IMG/VR virus record: IMGVR_UViG_3300035703_000020
Span: 32,001-96,000 of that record
Length of the DNA: 64,000 nucleotides
Origin: a virus
Reading direction: 5' to 3' (one strand)
The number at the start of each line of letters is the position of its first letter. Position 1 is the first letter of the stretch. Positions 17,015-26,900 of this stretch are shown one piece after another. Made by a program: the position numbers and the translations under genes. The notes beneath the pieces were generated by a model. The model did no database searches, had not been told where the DNA came from, and saw only the letters and a program-made list of their open reading frames with translations.

Positions 17015-17182
17015 ATGGACTACATCGACACGGCCATCGACCGCATCCACTACCTCGTGGAGCGGGCAGAGGAGCTCTATGGCCACGGCCTACAGACCGA
17101 GGCCGCGCTGCTCCTGGAGCAGGCGTACGAGATCTCGCAGTCCATCAAGCAACCCACGCGCACCCCGGCACTCGCCGGCTAG
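17015..17182 (+). CDS. small helical hypothetical protein
   Basis: Follows the promoter copy at 16936-16993. Confidence 0.5.
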   Translation: MDYIDTAIDRIHYLVERAEELYGHGLQTEAALLLEQAYEISQSIKQPTRTPALAG

Positions 17183-17207
17183 AATACAGTTGAGCAAAAC
17201 CTATCAG

Positions 17208-20117
17208 ATGGCAACGTCTATGAAGCTGAACGAGCAAGGCTACCCCGTCCTCGAGGACGTGCTGCACAAGAAGCTCTTCGGCTCGGCACGCCGCCCCGCC
17301 CCCAAGAGCTCCACGCTCGAGAGGACGAGGCGGCTTCTCAGTAGGTTCGACATCCCGACCCCGGTCGACTACCCGGATGGGATGTACGACGGCGACCTGC
17401 CCTTCCCCGAGCTGACGGGCGGCTCCATCGAGTCGCACTTCGAGGCCATGGCGGCCGAGTTCGTCGACGACTACAAGGCGCTGGCGGAGGCGTTCGCGAC
17501 GGCGTCCCTGCCGGAGGCCCCGGGCTACGACGACTTCGTATTCCAGCCGGGCTGGACCCGCTATACCAAGGCCGGCGGCAAGTGGAAGACCGAGCTGGTG
17601 CCGCACCCGCTCGAGCGCGCGTTCACGTACGACACCGAGACCTTCGTGACCGCGGGCGCCTTCCCGGTGATCGGCACAGCCCTGTCGGCCGAGGCCGCGT
17701 ACGTGTGGCTCGCCGCCGAGATGTGCGACCCCACGCTGCCGGTCGAGGAGTGGACGCAGCACGACCTGATCCCCCTCGGCAGGGGCAACTTCGTCGTCGG
17801 ACACAACGTCTCCTACGACCGGGTGCGGGCGCGCGACGGCTACACGCTCGCCGAGACCGAGCCCGAGAACTTCTACTTCGACACGCTGTCGGCCCACATC
17901 GCGGTGTCCGGCCTGGCGTCCGGCCAGCGCTGGCTGTACGTGCTCGCCGGCAAGGACCCCGACTCGTTGACCGAGGAGGAGAAGAAGAAGCTGCGGTTCC
18001 GCCCGCGCTGGGCCGACGAGGGCGCGACCAATTCGCTGGTGAACGTCTACAACTTCCACGTCGCGGCCGTGCGCGAGTACTTCGGCGAGGAGGTCCACCG
18101 CATGCAGGACGCCGACAAGGAGATCCGGGACGTCTTCGTGAAGGCGACCGAGATCCACCAGCTCGCCAACCGCCGCGACCTGCTCGAGTACGCCATGCTC
18201 GACGCCTTCTACACCACCGAGCTGTTCCAGGCCATCTGGCCTAAGTACCTCGACTCGACCCCGTCGAAGGTGGCGCTGGCGGGCCACATGTTCCTCAACG
18301 GCTCCCGCATCCCGGTGCCCACCGACTGGCCCAAGTGGATCGAGCAGGCCGAGGAGGTTTTCGCCGAATACAACCGCGAGATGTCCGACATCTGCCACGG
18401 GCTGATCCGCAAGTACGTCGACGAGTGGCGCGCCCTGCTCGACGAAGACATCGCGGCCGTGCAGGCGGCGCTGGACGGCGACGAGCGTGTCAACATCATC
18501 GCGGCCGCCGGGCTCGAGAAGAAGAAGACCATCAAGATCACCGACGTCCTCAAGGGTCTCGACAAGAACGCCGACTTCCCGTGGAGGCACGAATCCAACC
18601 GCTGGGCCGAGCAAGACCCCTGGATGCGCCAGCTCGACTGGACCCCGAGGGCTTACGCAGGCAAGTACGCCTACATGCCCAAGTGGGCCAGCAAGTACCT
18701 GGCCGACGACTCCGAGCGCATCACCAACAAGGCCAACGTGTCGCACCTGCTGCTCAAGCTGAAGTGGGAGGGCTCGCCTGTCATCCTCACCAAGGGCGAC
18801 GGCTGGTGCTACCACAACGAGGAGGGCAAGCTAGAGAAGATCCCGCACCCGAAAGGCAATGGGGATAATGTGGGCGTGTTGCTGTCGAAGGATTTTTTGG
18901 TGGACATGGAGGTGGGGAGGCTAAGTAGCGACCTCCCCGAGGCTAAGCGCGCGCTCGACATCGCCAACGCCACGTCCTACTGGACGTCGGTCCGCAAGCG
19001 GGTCCACGACCGGATCTTCATGGACGTGGAGAACCCCCACGGCGAGGGCTGGTGCATGATGATGCCGGAGATCATCGCCCACGGCGCGGTGACCCGCCGC
19101 ACGGTGGAGTCACTGATGGTCACGATGTGCTCGACCAAGGGGCACCGCATCGGCACCGAGCTGAAGACTCGGATCCAGTGCCCGCCCGGCTGGAAGATCG
19201 TCGGAGCCGACTTCGACGGCCAGGAGCTGCAGATCGCGAGCATCTACGCCGACGCGTGGGAGGGCGGGTTTATCGGCGCCTCGCCAATGGCGCACACCGT
19301 GCTGTCCGGCTCGAAGGAGAAGGGCACCGATGCCCACACGAAGCTCGCTAAGGCCATCGACACCAACCGCGACGTCGCTAAGGGCGTCGGCTTCGCCATG
19401 CTCTACGGCGCCGGCGTGCGGACGATCGCCAACACGATCAAGAAGACGTACAAGGACCGGAGCGCGACCGAGCTGAGGCAGTTCGGCAACCGAGCCCTCG
19501 CCTTCAAGAAGGGCAAGAAGTCGCCCGACGGGTACTACGAGGGCGGCAGCGACAGCGGCTGCTACAACTACATGGAGGGCATCGCCCTGCGGACCAAGTG
19601 CCCGACGCTGCCCTGCCTTGGGACCAAGATCTCGACCGCCCTGCGGCCCTCCGCCGTGGGGGACGACTTCCACACCGGCCGCATCAACTGGACGATCCAG
19701 TCGTCCGGCGCAGAGATGCTCGCCGTGATCCTCACGGCCACGCACTGGCTGGCCCGCCGGTTCAAGATCCCGGCCCAGTTTATCCTCAGCATCCACGACG
19801 AGCTGTGGTGGATGGTGCCCGAGCGGTACGCCGAGAGCTTCTGTGTCGTCTTCCAGATGGCGCACCTGTACTCGTGGGCCCGCTTCCAGGCGAGCGTGGG
19901 CATGTGCGACGTGCCGCTCAGCCGCGCCTTCTTCTCGTCCGTCGCCATCGACGAGCGGCTGAGGAAGTCCGTGCACGAGTGCACCAAGACGCCGTCCAAC
20001 CCGGGCGGGGCGGACGAGCCCGACGGGGCCGAGTACTCGATGGCCCAGATGGCTGAGCTGGGCTGGATCAAGAAGCTCCGGACGCGGGGCGAGATGATCA
20101 CCAAGGGGCTGATTTGA
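17208..20117 (+). CDS. family A DNA polymerase, mitochondrial Pol-gamma-like
   Basis: Exo motifs YDTET, GHNVSYDR, FDTLSAHIAVSGL; pol motifs IVGADFDGQEL, RDVAKGVGFAMLYGAG, RINWTIQSSG, LSIHDEL; gamma-type blocks GAVTRR, RIGTELK, GGSDS. Confidence 0.92.
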   Translation: MATSMKLNEQGYPVLEDVLHKKLFGSARRPAPKSSTLERTRRLLSRFDIPTPVDYPDGMYDGDLPFPELTGGSIESHFEAMAAEFVDDYKALAEAFATASLPEAPGYDDFVFQPGWTRYTKAGGKWKTELVPHPLERAFTYDTETFVTAGAFPVIGTALSAEAAYVWLAAEMCDPTLPVEEWTQHDLIPLGRGNFVVGHNVSYDRVRARDGYTLAETEPENFYFDTLSAHIAVSGLASGQRWLYVLAGKDPDSLTEEEKKKLRFRPRWADEGATNSLVNVYNFHVAAVREYFGEEVHRMQDADKEIRDVFVKATEIHQLANRRDLLEYAMLDAFYTTELFQAIWPKYLDSTPSKVALAGHMFLNGSRIPVPTDWPKWIEQAEEVFAEYNREMSDICHGLIRKYVDEWRALLDEDIAAVQAALDGDERVNIIAAAGLEKKKTIKITDVLKGLDKNADFPWRHESNRWAEQDPWMRQLDWTPRAYAGKYAYMPKWASKYLADDSERITNKANVSHLLLKLKWEGSPVILTKGDGWCYHNEEGKLEKIPHPKGNGDNVGVLLSKDFLVDMEVGRLSSDLPEAKRALDIANATSYWTSVRKRVHDRIFMDVENPHGEGWCMMMPEIIAHGAVTRRTVESLMVTMCSTKGHRIGTELKTRIQCPPGWKIVGADFDGQELQIASIYADAWEGGFIGASPMAHTVLSGSKEKGTDAHTKLAKAIDTNRDVAKGVGFAMLYGAGVRTIANTIKKTYKDRSATELRQFGNRALAFKKGKKSPDGYYEGGSDSGCYNYMEGIALRTKCPTLPCLGTKISTALRPSAVGDDFHTGRINWTIQSSGAEMLAVILTATHWLARRFKIPAQFILSIHDELWWMVPERYAESFCVVFQMAHLYSWARFQASVGMCDVPLSRAFFSSVAIDERLRKSVHECTKTPSNPGGADEPDGAEYSMAQMAELGWIKKLRTRGEMITKGLI

Positions 20118-20293
20118 CCAAGCTGGAACGAGCCATAGACGCCCTCTACCGCGGGCGCTGCAACCTGATCCAGGCGTGCCAGCTGGCCGAGATCGACCAG
20201 GAGACGATGAAGCGCCTCCTGCTCGACAAGGTCCGATGCGCGCCGTCCCACCCCATCCAACTGACCTTTGACCTCCGGAGCGACGACCAATGA
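20114..20293 (+). CDS. small HTH-like protein
   Basis: Hand-translated, TTG start: AIDALYRGRCNLIQACQLAEID. Confidence 0.5.
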   Translation: MTKLERAIDALYRGRCNLIQACQLAEIDQETMKRLLLDKVRCAPSHPIQLTFDLRSDDQ

Positions 20294-20466
20294 GCAAGAA
20301 GAAGGCCTGCTTCTACACCATCCACCAACTGGCCGCGAACCGCCCGTACGTGACCATCGAGTTCTACGACCACAAGGAGCGGCGCATGCTCAGCTCCGTG
20401 GACGTCGTGCTCAACCTGGAGTACCATGACGATCACCAGATCGGCTCGTTCGTGACCTCACGCTGA
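20290..20466 (+). CDS. hypothetical protein
   Basis: ATGA-coupled 58-aa ORF. Confidence 0.5.
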   Translation: MSKKKACFYTIHQLAANRPYVTIEFYDHKERRMLSSVDVVLNLEYHDDHQIGSFVTSR

Positions 20467-20504
20467 GCGCCCGCGAGCACAATAGACCCAGGAAAAACCG
20501 CACC

Positions 20505-21074
20505 ATGCTCATCATCGTCTCCGGCCCCGACCGCGTCGGCAAGTCGACCCTGATCAACGCCATGGCCGAGGAGCTCGGCCGCGACATCACCTACGTCGCC
20601 CACCACGGCCCGCCGCCAAAGACCAACGACAACATCTTCGACGTCTACCGCGACACCATCCAGGACTGGAAGTGGTCCGGCAAGCCGTACGCGATCTTCG
20701 ACCGCGCGTACCCCTGCAGCTACATCCTCGAGCAGCACCGCCGGCGCAACGCGGGCCACTTCGAGGACGTCATCGACTTCGAGATCGAGCTGATGGACGC
20801 CGTCGACTCCGTCGTGCACCTCGGCGTCTTCCGGCCCTGGCACTGGTCGGCGCCGCTGCACGTCGAGGAGGTCCGCGAGGAGAACCCCGGCGCCGCCCCG
20901 TGGCTGATCCGCGACGAGTACATCGCCCGCATGCAGGAGCACCAGATCTACACCGAGCAGCTCCTCAACTTCTACGACAACATCTCGATGTTCCCCAACG
21001 CCCGCATCGAGAACGAGGAGACGGTCGGGTCGATGGCGCTCGCCCGCTGCCGCGAGGCGCTGCGGAGGTCCTGA
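20505..21074 (+). CDS. dNMP/thymidylate kinase-like P-loop kinase
   Basis: IVSGPDRVGKST, IFDR; next to the ThyA-like gene. Confidence 0.8.
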   Translation: MLIIVSGPDRVGKSTLINAMAEELGRDITYVAHHGPPPKTNDNIFDVYRDTIQDWKWSGKPYAIFDRAYPCSYILEQHRRRNAGHFEDVIDFEIELMDAVDSVVHLGVFRPWHWSAPLHVEEVREENPGAAPWLIRDEYIARMQEHQIYTEQLLNFYDNISMFPNARIENEETVGSMALARCREALRRS

Positions 21075-21295
21075 TGCCCTTCCCGATGCCGCAGGACCCG
21101 GGATTCCTGCTCGAGTACTGCCGGGAGTGGATCGACGACGCCAACGAGCGATACGACAAGGGCATGAGAGCCATGGCCCAGGAGAGCATGCGCTCGGCCG
21201 CCCAGCTCTACATCCAGCTCCCCCGCGGCTACAGCAACCCCGAGCTGGAAAAATACTACCAGGAGACCCTCAAGAAGGTGTACGGACAAGTATGA
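21074..21295 (+). CDS. hypothetical protein
   Basis: Coupled between the kinase and ThyA-like genes. Confidence 0.55.
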   Translation: MPFPMPQDPGFLLEYCREWIDDANERYDKGMRAMAQESMRSAAQLYIQLPRGYSNPELEKYYQETLKKVYGQV

Positions 21296-22194
21296 TCATC
21301 CGCGAAATGAGCAAGAAACCCGCGCACGTCGTCCACTTCGGCGATCACGTCATCAAGAGCGAAAACTGGGACTACGTCTATGGCGAGTACCTGTTCGACA
21401 TCATGACCCACGGCGAGCAGTTCGTCGGACGCAACGGCGAGACGAAGGCCGCCTTCGGCTGCTCGGCGCGCGTCGACCTGCGCTGCGGGTTCCCGCTCAC
21501 CAGGCTCCGCAAGATGCCGTGGAAGAACCTCGTCCGCGAGTTCCTCTTCGACGTCGGCTTCAACACCAACGTCGAGGCGCTCGGCCCCGCCAAGCACTTC
21601 TGGGACTTCCTCGCCGACGAGAACGGCGAGCTCGGCGCGTCGGCCTACTGCAGGCAGTGGCGCCAGTGGCCGCCCTCTGCCCAGGGCGCGGAGGTGCCCA
21701 ACGAGACGCTCGAGACCGGGCGGCCGGTCGACCAGCTCCGGGACGTCGTCCACCTGCTGAACAACCACCCCAACTCCAGGCAGGCGACCGTCATCACCCA
21801 CAACCCCACCGCGATCGACCCCGCCTGCCCTCCCTGCCACATCGCGATGCAGTTCGCGCCGTCCAAGGACGGGTGGCTCGACCTGATGGTCCCGGCCCGC
21901 TCCAACGACATGGTGGTCGGCTTCCCGCTGGACATCGCCCGCTACGCGCTGATCCTCAAGGCGGTCGCGATGATGACCTGCAAGGCGGCCCGCTACGTGT
22001 ACATGCCGAGCGCCAACTCGCACATCTACGAGAACTGCTACGATCTCGTCGACGAAATGATCGAGCGCGAGCCCAAGCCGGAGTGCCAGGTGCGGCTGAC
22101 CCACGCGCCGCTCAGCTTCAAGGAGCTGACGCTCGACAGCTTCGAGCTGACGGGCTACGACCCGCACCCGGCCATCAAGGTCGCCGTCAACTGA
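21292..22194 (+). CDS. thymidylate synthase-fold enzyme with Asp at the Asn177 position (possible dCMP methylase/hydroxymethylase)
   Basis: GFPL, FWDFLADENGELG, PPCH, RSNDMVVGFPLDI, HIY, YDPHPAIK. Confidence 0.88.
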   Translation: MIIREMSKKPAHVVHFGDHVIKSENWDYVYGEYLFDIMTHGEQFVGRNGETKAAFGCSARVDLRCGFPLTRLRKMPWKNLVREFLFDVGFNTNVEALGPAKHFWDFLADENGELGASAYCRQWRQWPPSAQGAEVPNETLETGRPVDQLRDVVHLLNNHPNSRQATVITHNPTAIDPACPPCHIAMQFAPSKDGWLDLMVPARSNDMVVGFPLDIARYALILKAVAMMTCKAARYVYMPSANSHIYENCYDLVDEMIEREPKPECQVRLTHAPLSFKELTLDSFELTGYDPHPAIKVAVN

Positions 22195-22241
22195 GCCCCC
22201 CGGGGTAAGACCGGATCACCAGGGAACAAACCCGATACAAC

Positions 22242-22595
22242 ATGGAAGAGCAGACCAACCCACGAGTCAAAGTGATGCGCCAGGGCGACGCCCAGCCCGG
22301 CCCTGAGCCAGCGATGTACGAGCAGGAGGACCAGGCCTTCGGCACCACACTCACCAGCGGCCGATACGTCGAGCTGCGGGAGATGAACGCCGGCGACCTG
22401 CTGTACCTGGAGAAGACGCTTGGCAACGTCGGCGACATGGAGCGCTCGATGAAGCTGGCCTCGCGGCTCTCGACGCAGAACGGCAAAATCACGTTCGAGG
22501 AGCTGCAGAAGCTCAAGATGAAGGACCTGAAGAAGGTCACAGGCCTGCTCGGCAAGGCCGGCGGGACCGACGAAGACGAAGAGGACCCAAACTGA
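22242..22595 (+). CDS. tail assembly chaperone (G-like)
   Basis: Acidic C-terminus ending in slippery C CCA AAC; located before tail genes. Confidence 0.65.
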   Translation: MEEQTNPRVKVMRQGDAQPGPEPAMYEQEDQAFGTTLTSGRYVELREMNAGDLLYLEKTLGNVGDMERSMKLASRLSTQNGKITFEELQKLKMKDLKKVTGLLGKAGGTDEDEEDPN

Positions 22596-23041
22596 TAAGG
22601 GTCACCTCCCTGGAGGACTTCAAGTACGAGGTGGTCGTCGGTGGCGGCCGCCTCGCTTTGACGTTCAGGGAGCTGACCCCGCGGGACTATTACTTCTTCA
22701 ACCTCGTCGAGAACGACTACAAGGACATCACGCAGACCCACCTCTCGCTGCTGATCCTGATGCGCCTGGGCGACCTGGACGAAACCGACCTGGACCTCGT
22801 CCCGGCGAAGTACGTCAAGCCGATCACCGACTGGATCGGCCCGGAGCTGCTGCAGGAGAAGATCATGAAGGTCGAGCAGTGGCTCGAGATGGCCTTCCAC
22901 TTGTGCAAGCAGCGCTGGGACCAGTCGATCGACTGGCTCGAGCGCCAGCCGGTGTCGAAGATCCTGCTGATGGCGCACCTGCAGTCGCAGTTCGTCGACA
23001 AGCAGAACGAGGAGTCCAAGAAGGCAGCCCGCAGACGATGA
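22586..23041 (+). CDS. tail assembly chaperone extension (GT-like, reached by -1 frameshift)
   Basis: -1 frame open from the slippery heptamer at 22586-22592 to the stop at 23041. Confidence 0.65.
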   Translation, partial: PKLIRVTSLEDFKYEVVVGGGRLALTFRELTPRDYYFFNLVENDYKDITQTHLSLLILMRLGDLDETDLDLVPAKYVKPITDWIGPELLQEKIMKVEQWLEMAFHLCKQRWDQSIDWLERQPVSKILLMAHLQSQFVDKQNEESKKAARRR

Positions 23042-23433
23042 TCAAGTTCAAGCTCACGGTACCGGCGGTAAGCACCAACTGGTGGGAGCCGTCCAAGAAC
23101 AAGATCGCGGCCATCCTGCTGGAGGAGAACCGGGCCGACTGGGCCGCCGAGCGCGACCCGAACACCGGGTCGAGGTGGGCGCCGCGGAAGCAGCCGACGG
23201 GCGGCTGGCCCATCCTGCGTCGGACGGGCACCATGCAGGACCGCACGCGCATCAAGCCCGGGGGCACCGGCCTGTTCTCGGCCGCGACCGTGAGCTACGG
23301 GCCGTTCCACCAGACGGGCACCAGCCGCATGGTCGCCCGCCCGTGGCTCGGGGTCCCCGACCGCTCCCTGCCGAGGGCCGCCGAGGTCATCGCCCGCAAC
23401 ATCTTCCGAGGCCGCAGCCGGACGTTCTCATGA
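23038..23433 (+). CDS. virion morphogenesis protein (Mu gpG/P2 gpS-like)
   Basis: DPNTGSRWAPRK, ILRRTG, YGPFHQTGT, ARPWLG. Confidence 0.8.
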   Translation: MIKFKLTVPAVSTNWWEPSKNKIAAILLEENRADWAAERDPNTGSRWAPRKQPTGGWPILRRTGTMQDRTRIKPGGTGLFSAATVSYGPFHQTGTSRMVARPWLGVPDRSLPRAAEVIARNIFRGRSRTFS

Positions 23434-23834
23434 CCGCCATTAAAATCTCGAGGCCCGGCGACACCTGGAACGGCGTCGCGTACACCTACTACAACGACTC
23501 GAGAGAGTTCAGGACCATCCTCGGCCTGAACCCCGGATACGACATCCGGAGCTTCCCCGCCCCTGGGCTGCCCATGCAGATCCAGGAGCTTGGAGGTATA
23601 ACTACTACAGGCTCCGCGTCCATCGGATCTCTGATCCAGCAGGACACAAACATCGACCTCCGCGCGGGATCGCCCGCGAACGTGACGCCGGAGAGCATAT
23701 TCCCCTGGAGCACCGTCGAGGCCTACGAGGCCAGGCGGGCGGACTACGTTCCAGCGACCTTGGCCGAGGTTAACAGGCTGAACGGGTTCACGCTTGACAC
23801 CAGTCAGGCTCAGACCGGGAATCAGAGTGGTTGA
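23430..23834 (+). CDS. tail protein X/LysM-like baseplate protein
   Basis: SRPGDTWNGVAYTYY...ILGLNP. Confidence 0.65.
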   Translation: MTAIKISRPGDTWNGVAYTYYNDSREFRTILGLNPGYDIRSFPAPGLPMQIQELGGITTTGSASIGSLIQQDTNIDLRAGSPANVTPESIFPWSTVEAYEARRADYVPATLAEVNRLNGFTLDTSQAQTGNQSG

Positions 23835-23912
23835 GCGCCCCTGCGGGGACCACGGGTGGACAGTCCGAAGCCACCAGTCGCTCAAACCCAAAAGAAGGAG
23901 TTGAAACTCTAA

Positions 23913-26900
23913 ATGGCTACCATCACCCTCGGAGGCGCCCGCGGCGGTACTCCGGGAACCTTCATCTACGAGGCCGCCCGCGCCACGCGCACGGCGGCCG
24001 CCAGCTTCAGCACCGTCTACATGCTCGTGGACGCGCCCGAAGCCGCCTCGGTGATCCGGTTCCCCTACAACCGCCCGGTCTTCGTCTCCAGCCTCAACGA
24101 GTACGAGAACCTGATCGGCTCGCTGCCCACCAGCGGCCCAGAGCTGGATTCCTACTTCGCTGTGAAGGCCTTCTTCCAGCAGTGCACGATCGGCGACCTG
24201 CGCGTGACCCGCGTCGGCACCCCGACGAACATCGTCCGCATCGGCTTCGACCCGTCCGCCAACAAGGACAACGGTGCCTCCGCGCCCAGCTCCCTGAAGC
24301 GCGGCGACAAGGTCTTCATCAAGCTCGAGATCAACGGCATCCAGCTTGGCGCTAAGACCCCCGCCGGAGCGTGGCTCGGCGTCGAGGTGACCATCCCCGT
24401 CGACTACATCGCGGGCGACGAGGCCAACAACCTCAAGATCGCCAACGAGATCCGCGATGAGGTGGCCAACGCCATCCGCGCCAACGCCGACATCAACGCG
24501 GGCGCCTACATCCGCGTCGAGGACAGCGTCGGCGAGATCGCCTACTTTGACATCACCGGCCGCGTGTTCAACGCGCCCGTCGAGGTCGTCAACAGCAACG
24601 ACATCACCGGCAACCAGTACATCCTGTCCGCCGCTGGCTACGCCATCGCGCAGGTGACCGAGGCCAACGAGACGGTCTTCGACTGGATCCAGACCGTCCG
24701 CTGCGCGTTCAACGACCCCCAGCTGCCCGCCGGCTATATGATCGCCCCCGCGGCGTTCAAGCAATTCAAGAAGACGCAGCGCGTCAACCTCGGCCAGAGC
24801 ATGGAAGAGGTGTGCAGCGACTTCCTGCACAAATGGATGGCGCTGGTCGACTGCGGCCCGTTCGACGTCACCTCGATCAACGAGTACAAGGAGTTCGTCC
24901 CCCACGACCCCGCCAACGGCTTCGGCGTGGACGAGGAGGTGCTCGTCGACAACGGCATCTACCTCTGGACCGACACCAGCCCGCTGCGCTTCACCGCGGC
25001 CAACTACGAGGCCAACAACCCCGCCGCCTGCGCCAACTCGCTCTACAGCGCCGGCCAGCGCGTCGGCCTGAAGGACGACCAGCAGATCCTCGTTAGCGTC
25101 GCGGCCAACACGACCACCGACGTGATCACCCTGGCCGAGGACTGGCCCGTCGACGCCCTCGGCACCGGCACCGCCATCGTGTTCGAGCTCGGCGACAACC
25201 CCGGCAACTCGCCCACCCCGCCCCTCTACACCGACGTCAACACCGGCGTCACCAACGAGGAGCTCCTGGGCGGCGGCTTCTTCGTGATCGCCAACGACGT
25301 CGACACGAGCCTGGACATCAACCAGATCCGCGTCGCCACCAGCCGCACCCGCGCCTTCTCCAACGAGGCCGTCAACATCGTCACCGCCGGCACCCCGCAG
25401 GGCGGCGTGATGCTGAACGTGACCTACAGCGACCCCGCCTGGAAGTTCGAGGTGGAGATCAAGGGCAAGATCAGCGACCTGGTCGAGGCCGCCAACGGCG
25501 CCGACCCGGCCTCGTTCAACACCCTGCACATCCCCGCGACGTTCCAGGATCCCACCCAGACGTTCGAGTACAAGGCGATCACCCGCCAGATTACCGATCC
25601 ATCCCAGGCGATCGCGACCGGTGGCCTCAAGCTCCTGTACTTCAACGCTGGCGACGTGAACGTCGGCGCCGACCAGATCCTGGTCCCCGCCCACGGCTTC
25701 AGCACCGGCGACGCCGTCCACGTGTCCGCCATCCCGAGCGCCATCGCGCCCGGCGGCCTGACCTCCGGCAATCAGTACTTCGTGATCGTCGTCGACGACA
25801 ACACGATCCAGCTGGCCAACTCGCTGGCTAACGCCAACGCGGGCACCCAGGTGATCCTCGGCGACGCGGGCACCGACTCCGGCACCATCCTCAATCCGCT
25901 CGGCGCCCCCGCCCAGTCGATCATCACGATCGGCGGCGACTGCATGCTGATGATCGCGGACCACGGCCTGCAGACCGCCGACAAGGTGTTCTTCGACGGT
26001 GACATCCTGTCCGGCACGCCCGACTTCATCTTCCGCGGCACGACCGACACCGCGACCACGGTGTACTTCGTCGACCGCGTCGACCGCAACATCATCCGCC
26101 TGGCTCGCAGCTCCAGCGACCTCGCCTCCGGCGCGTTCGTGGACTTCCCGACCAGCGGCATCGCGACGACCACCTCCACCCGCATCTACAAGAAGCTCTC
26201 CTACGCCGTCTCCGGCGGCGGCTTCACCGACGCGGGCGTGCAGCGGTTCATCCGCGGTCGCAAGTACCAGATGGACGTCAACCTCGCCGTCTACGGTGTG
26301 CGCGATGAGGCCAACGTGCAGATCGTCAACGGCCAGACGGACCCCTACGGCGTCCTCTACACCGCCGACATCAGCACCGACATCCGCCTCTCCTACGCTG
26401 AGGTCCCCGGCACCATCGACGTGTACAGCGTCGCGGCGGCCGACGTGGACGCGAGCGGTGACGAGCTCACCGTGACCAACCACGGCTACGTGACCGGCAC
26501 CGAGGTGGTGGTGAACACCGCCGCGCTTGCGACGCTGGCCGCGGGTCTGACCGACTCCGTGCGCTACTTCGTGATCAACACGGGCACGAACACCTTCCAG
26601 CTGGCAGAGACGGCCGCCAACGCCGCCCTCGGCGTGCCGGTGGACATCACGACCGCCGGCGTGGACAACGCCGCGGGCGTCGAGTTCACCGTGACCGCGG
26701 CCAGCAACCCGTTCACCTTCGCCTACACCGAGGACGCGATCGCGAACCCCCTCAACGCCGCGATGGACTTCGCCGGCGACGAGAACTTCTACTGCGTCCC
26801 CCTGAGCGACGGCGGCGATCTGTACGGTGACGAGCTCACCAACACGATCCCCGAGGTGTTCATCCACACCGTGCTGCAGGTCGGAACGACCTTCACCCCG

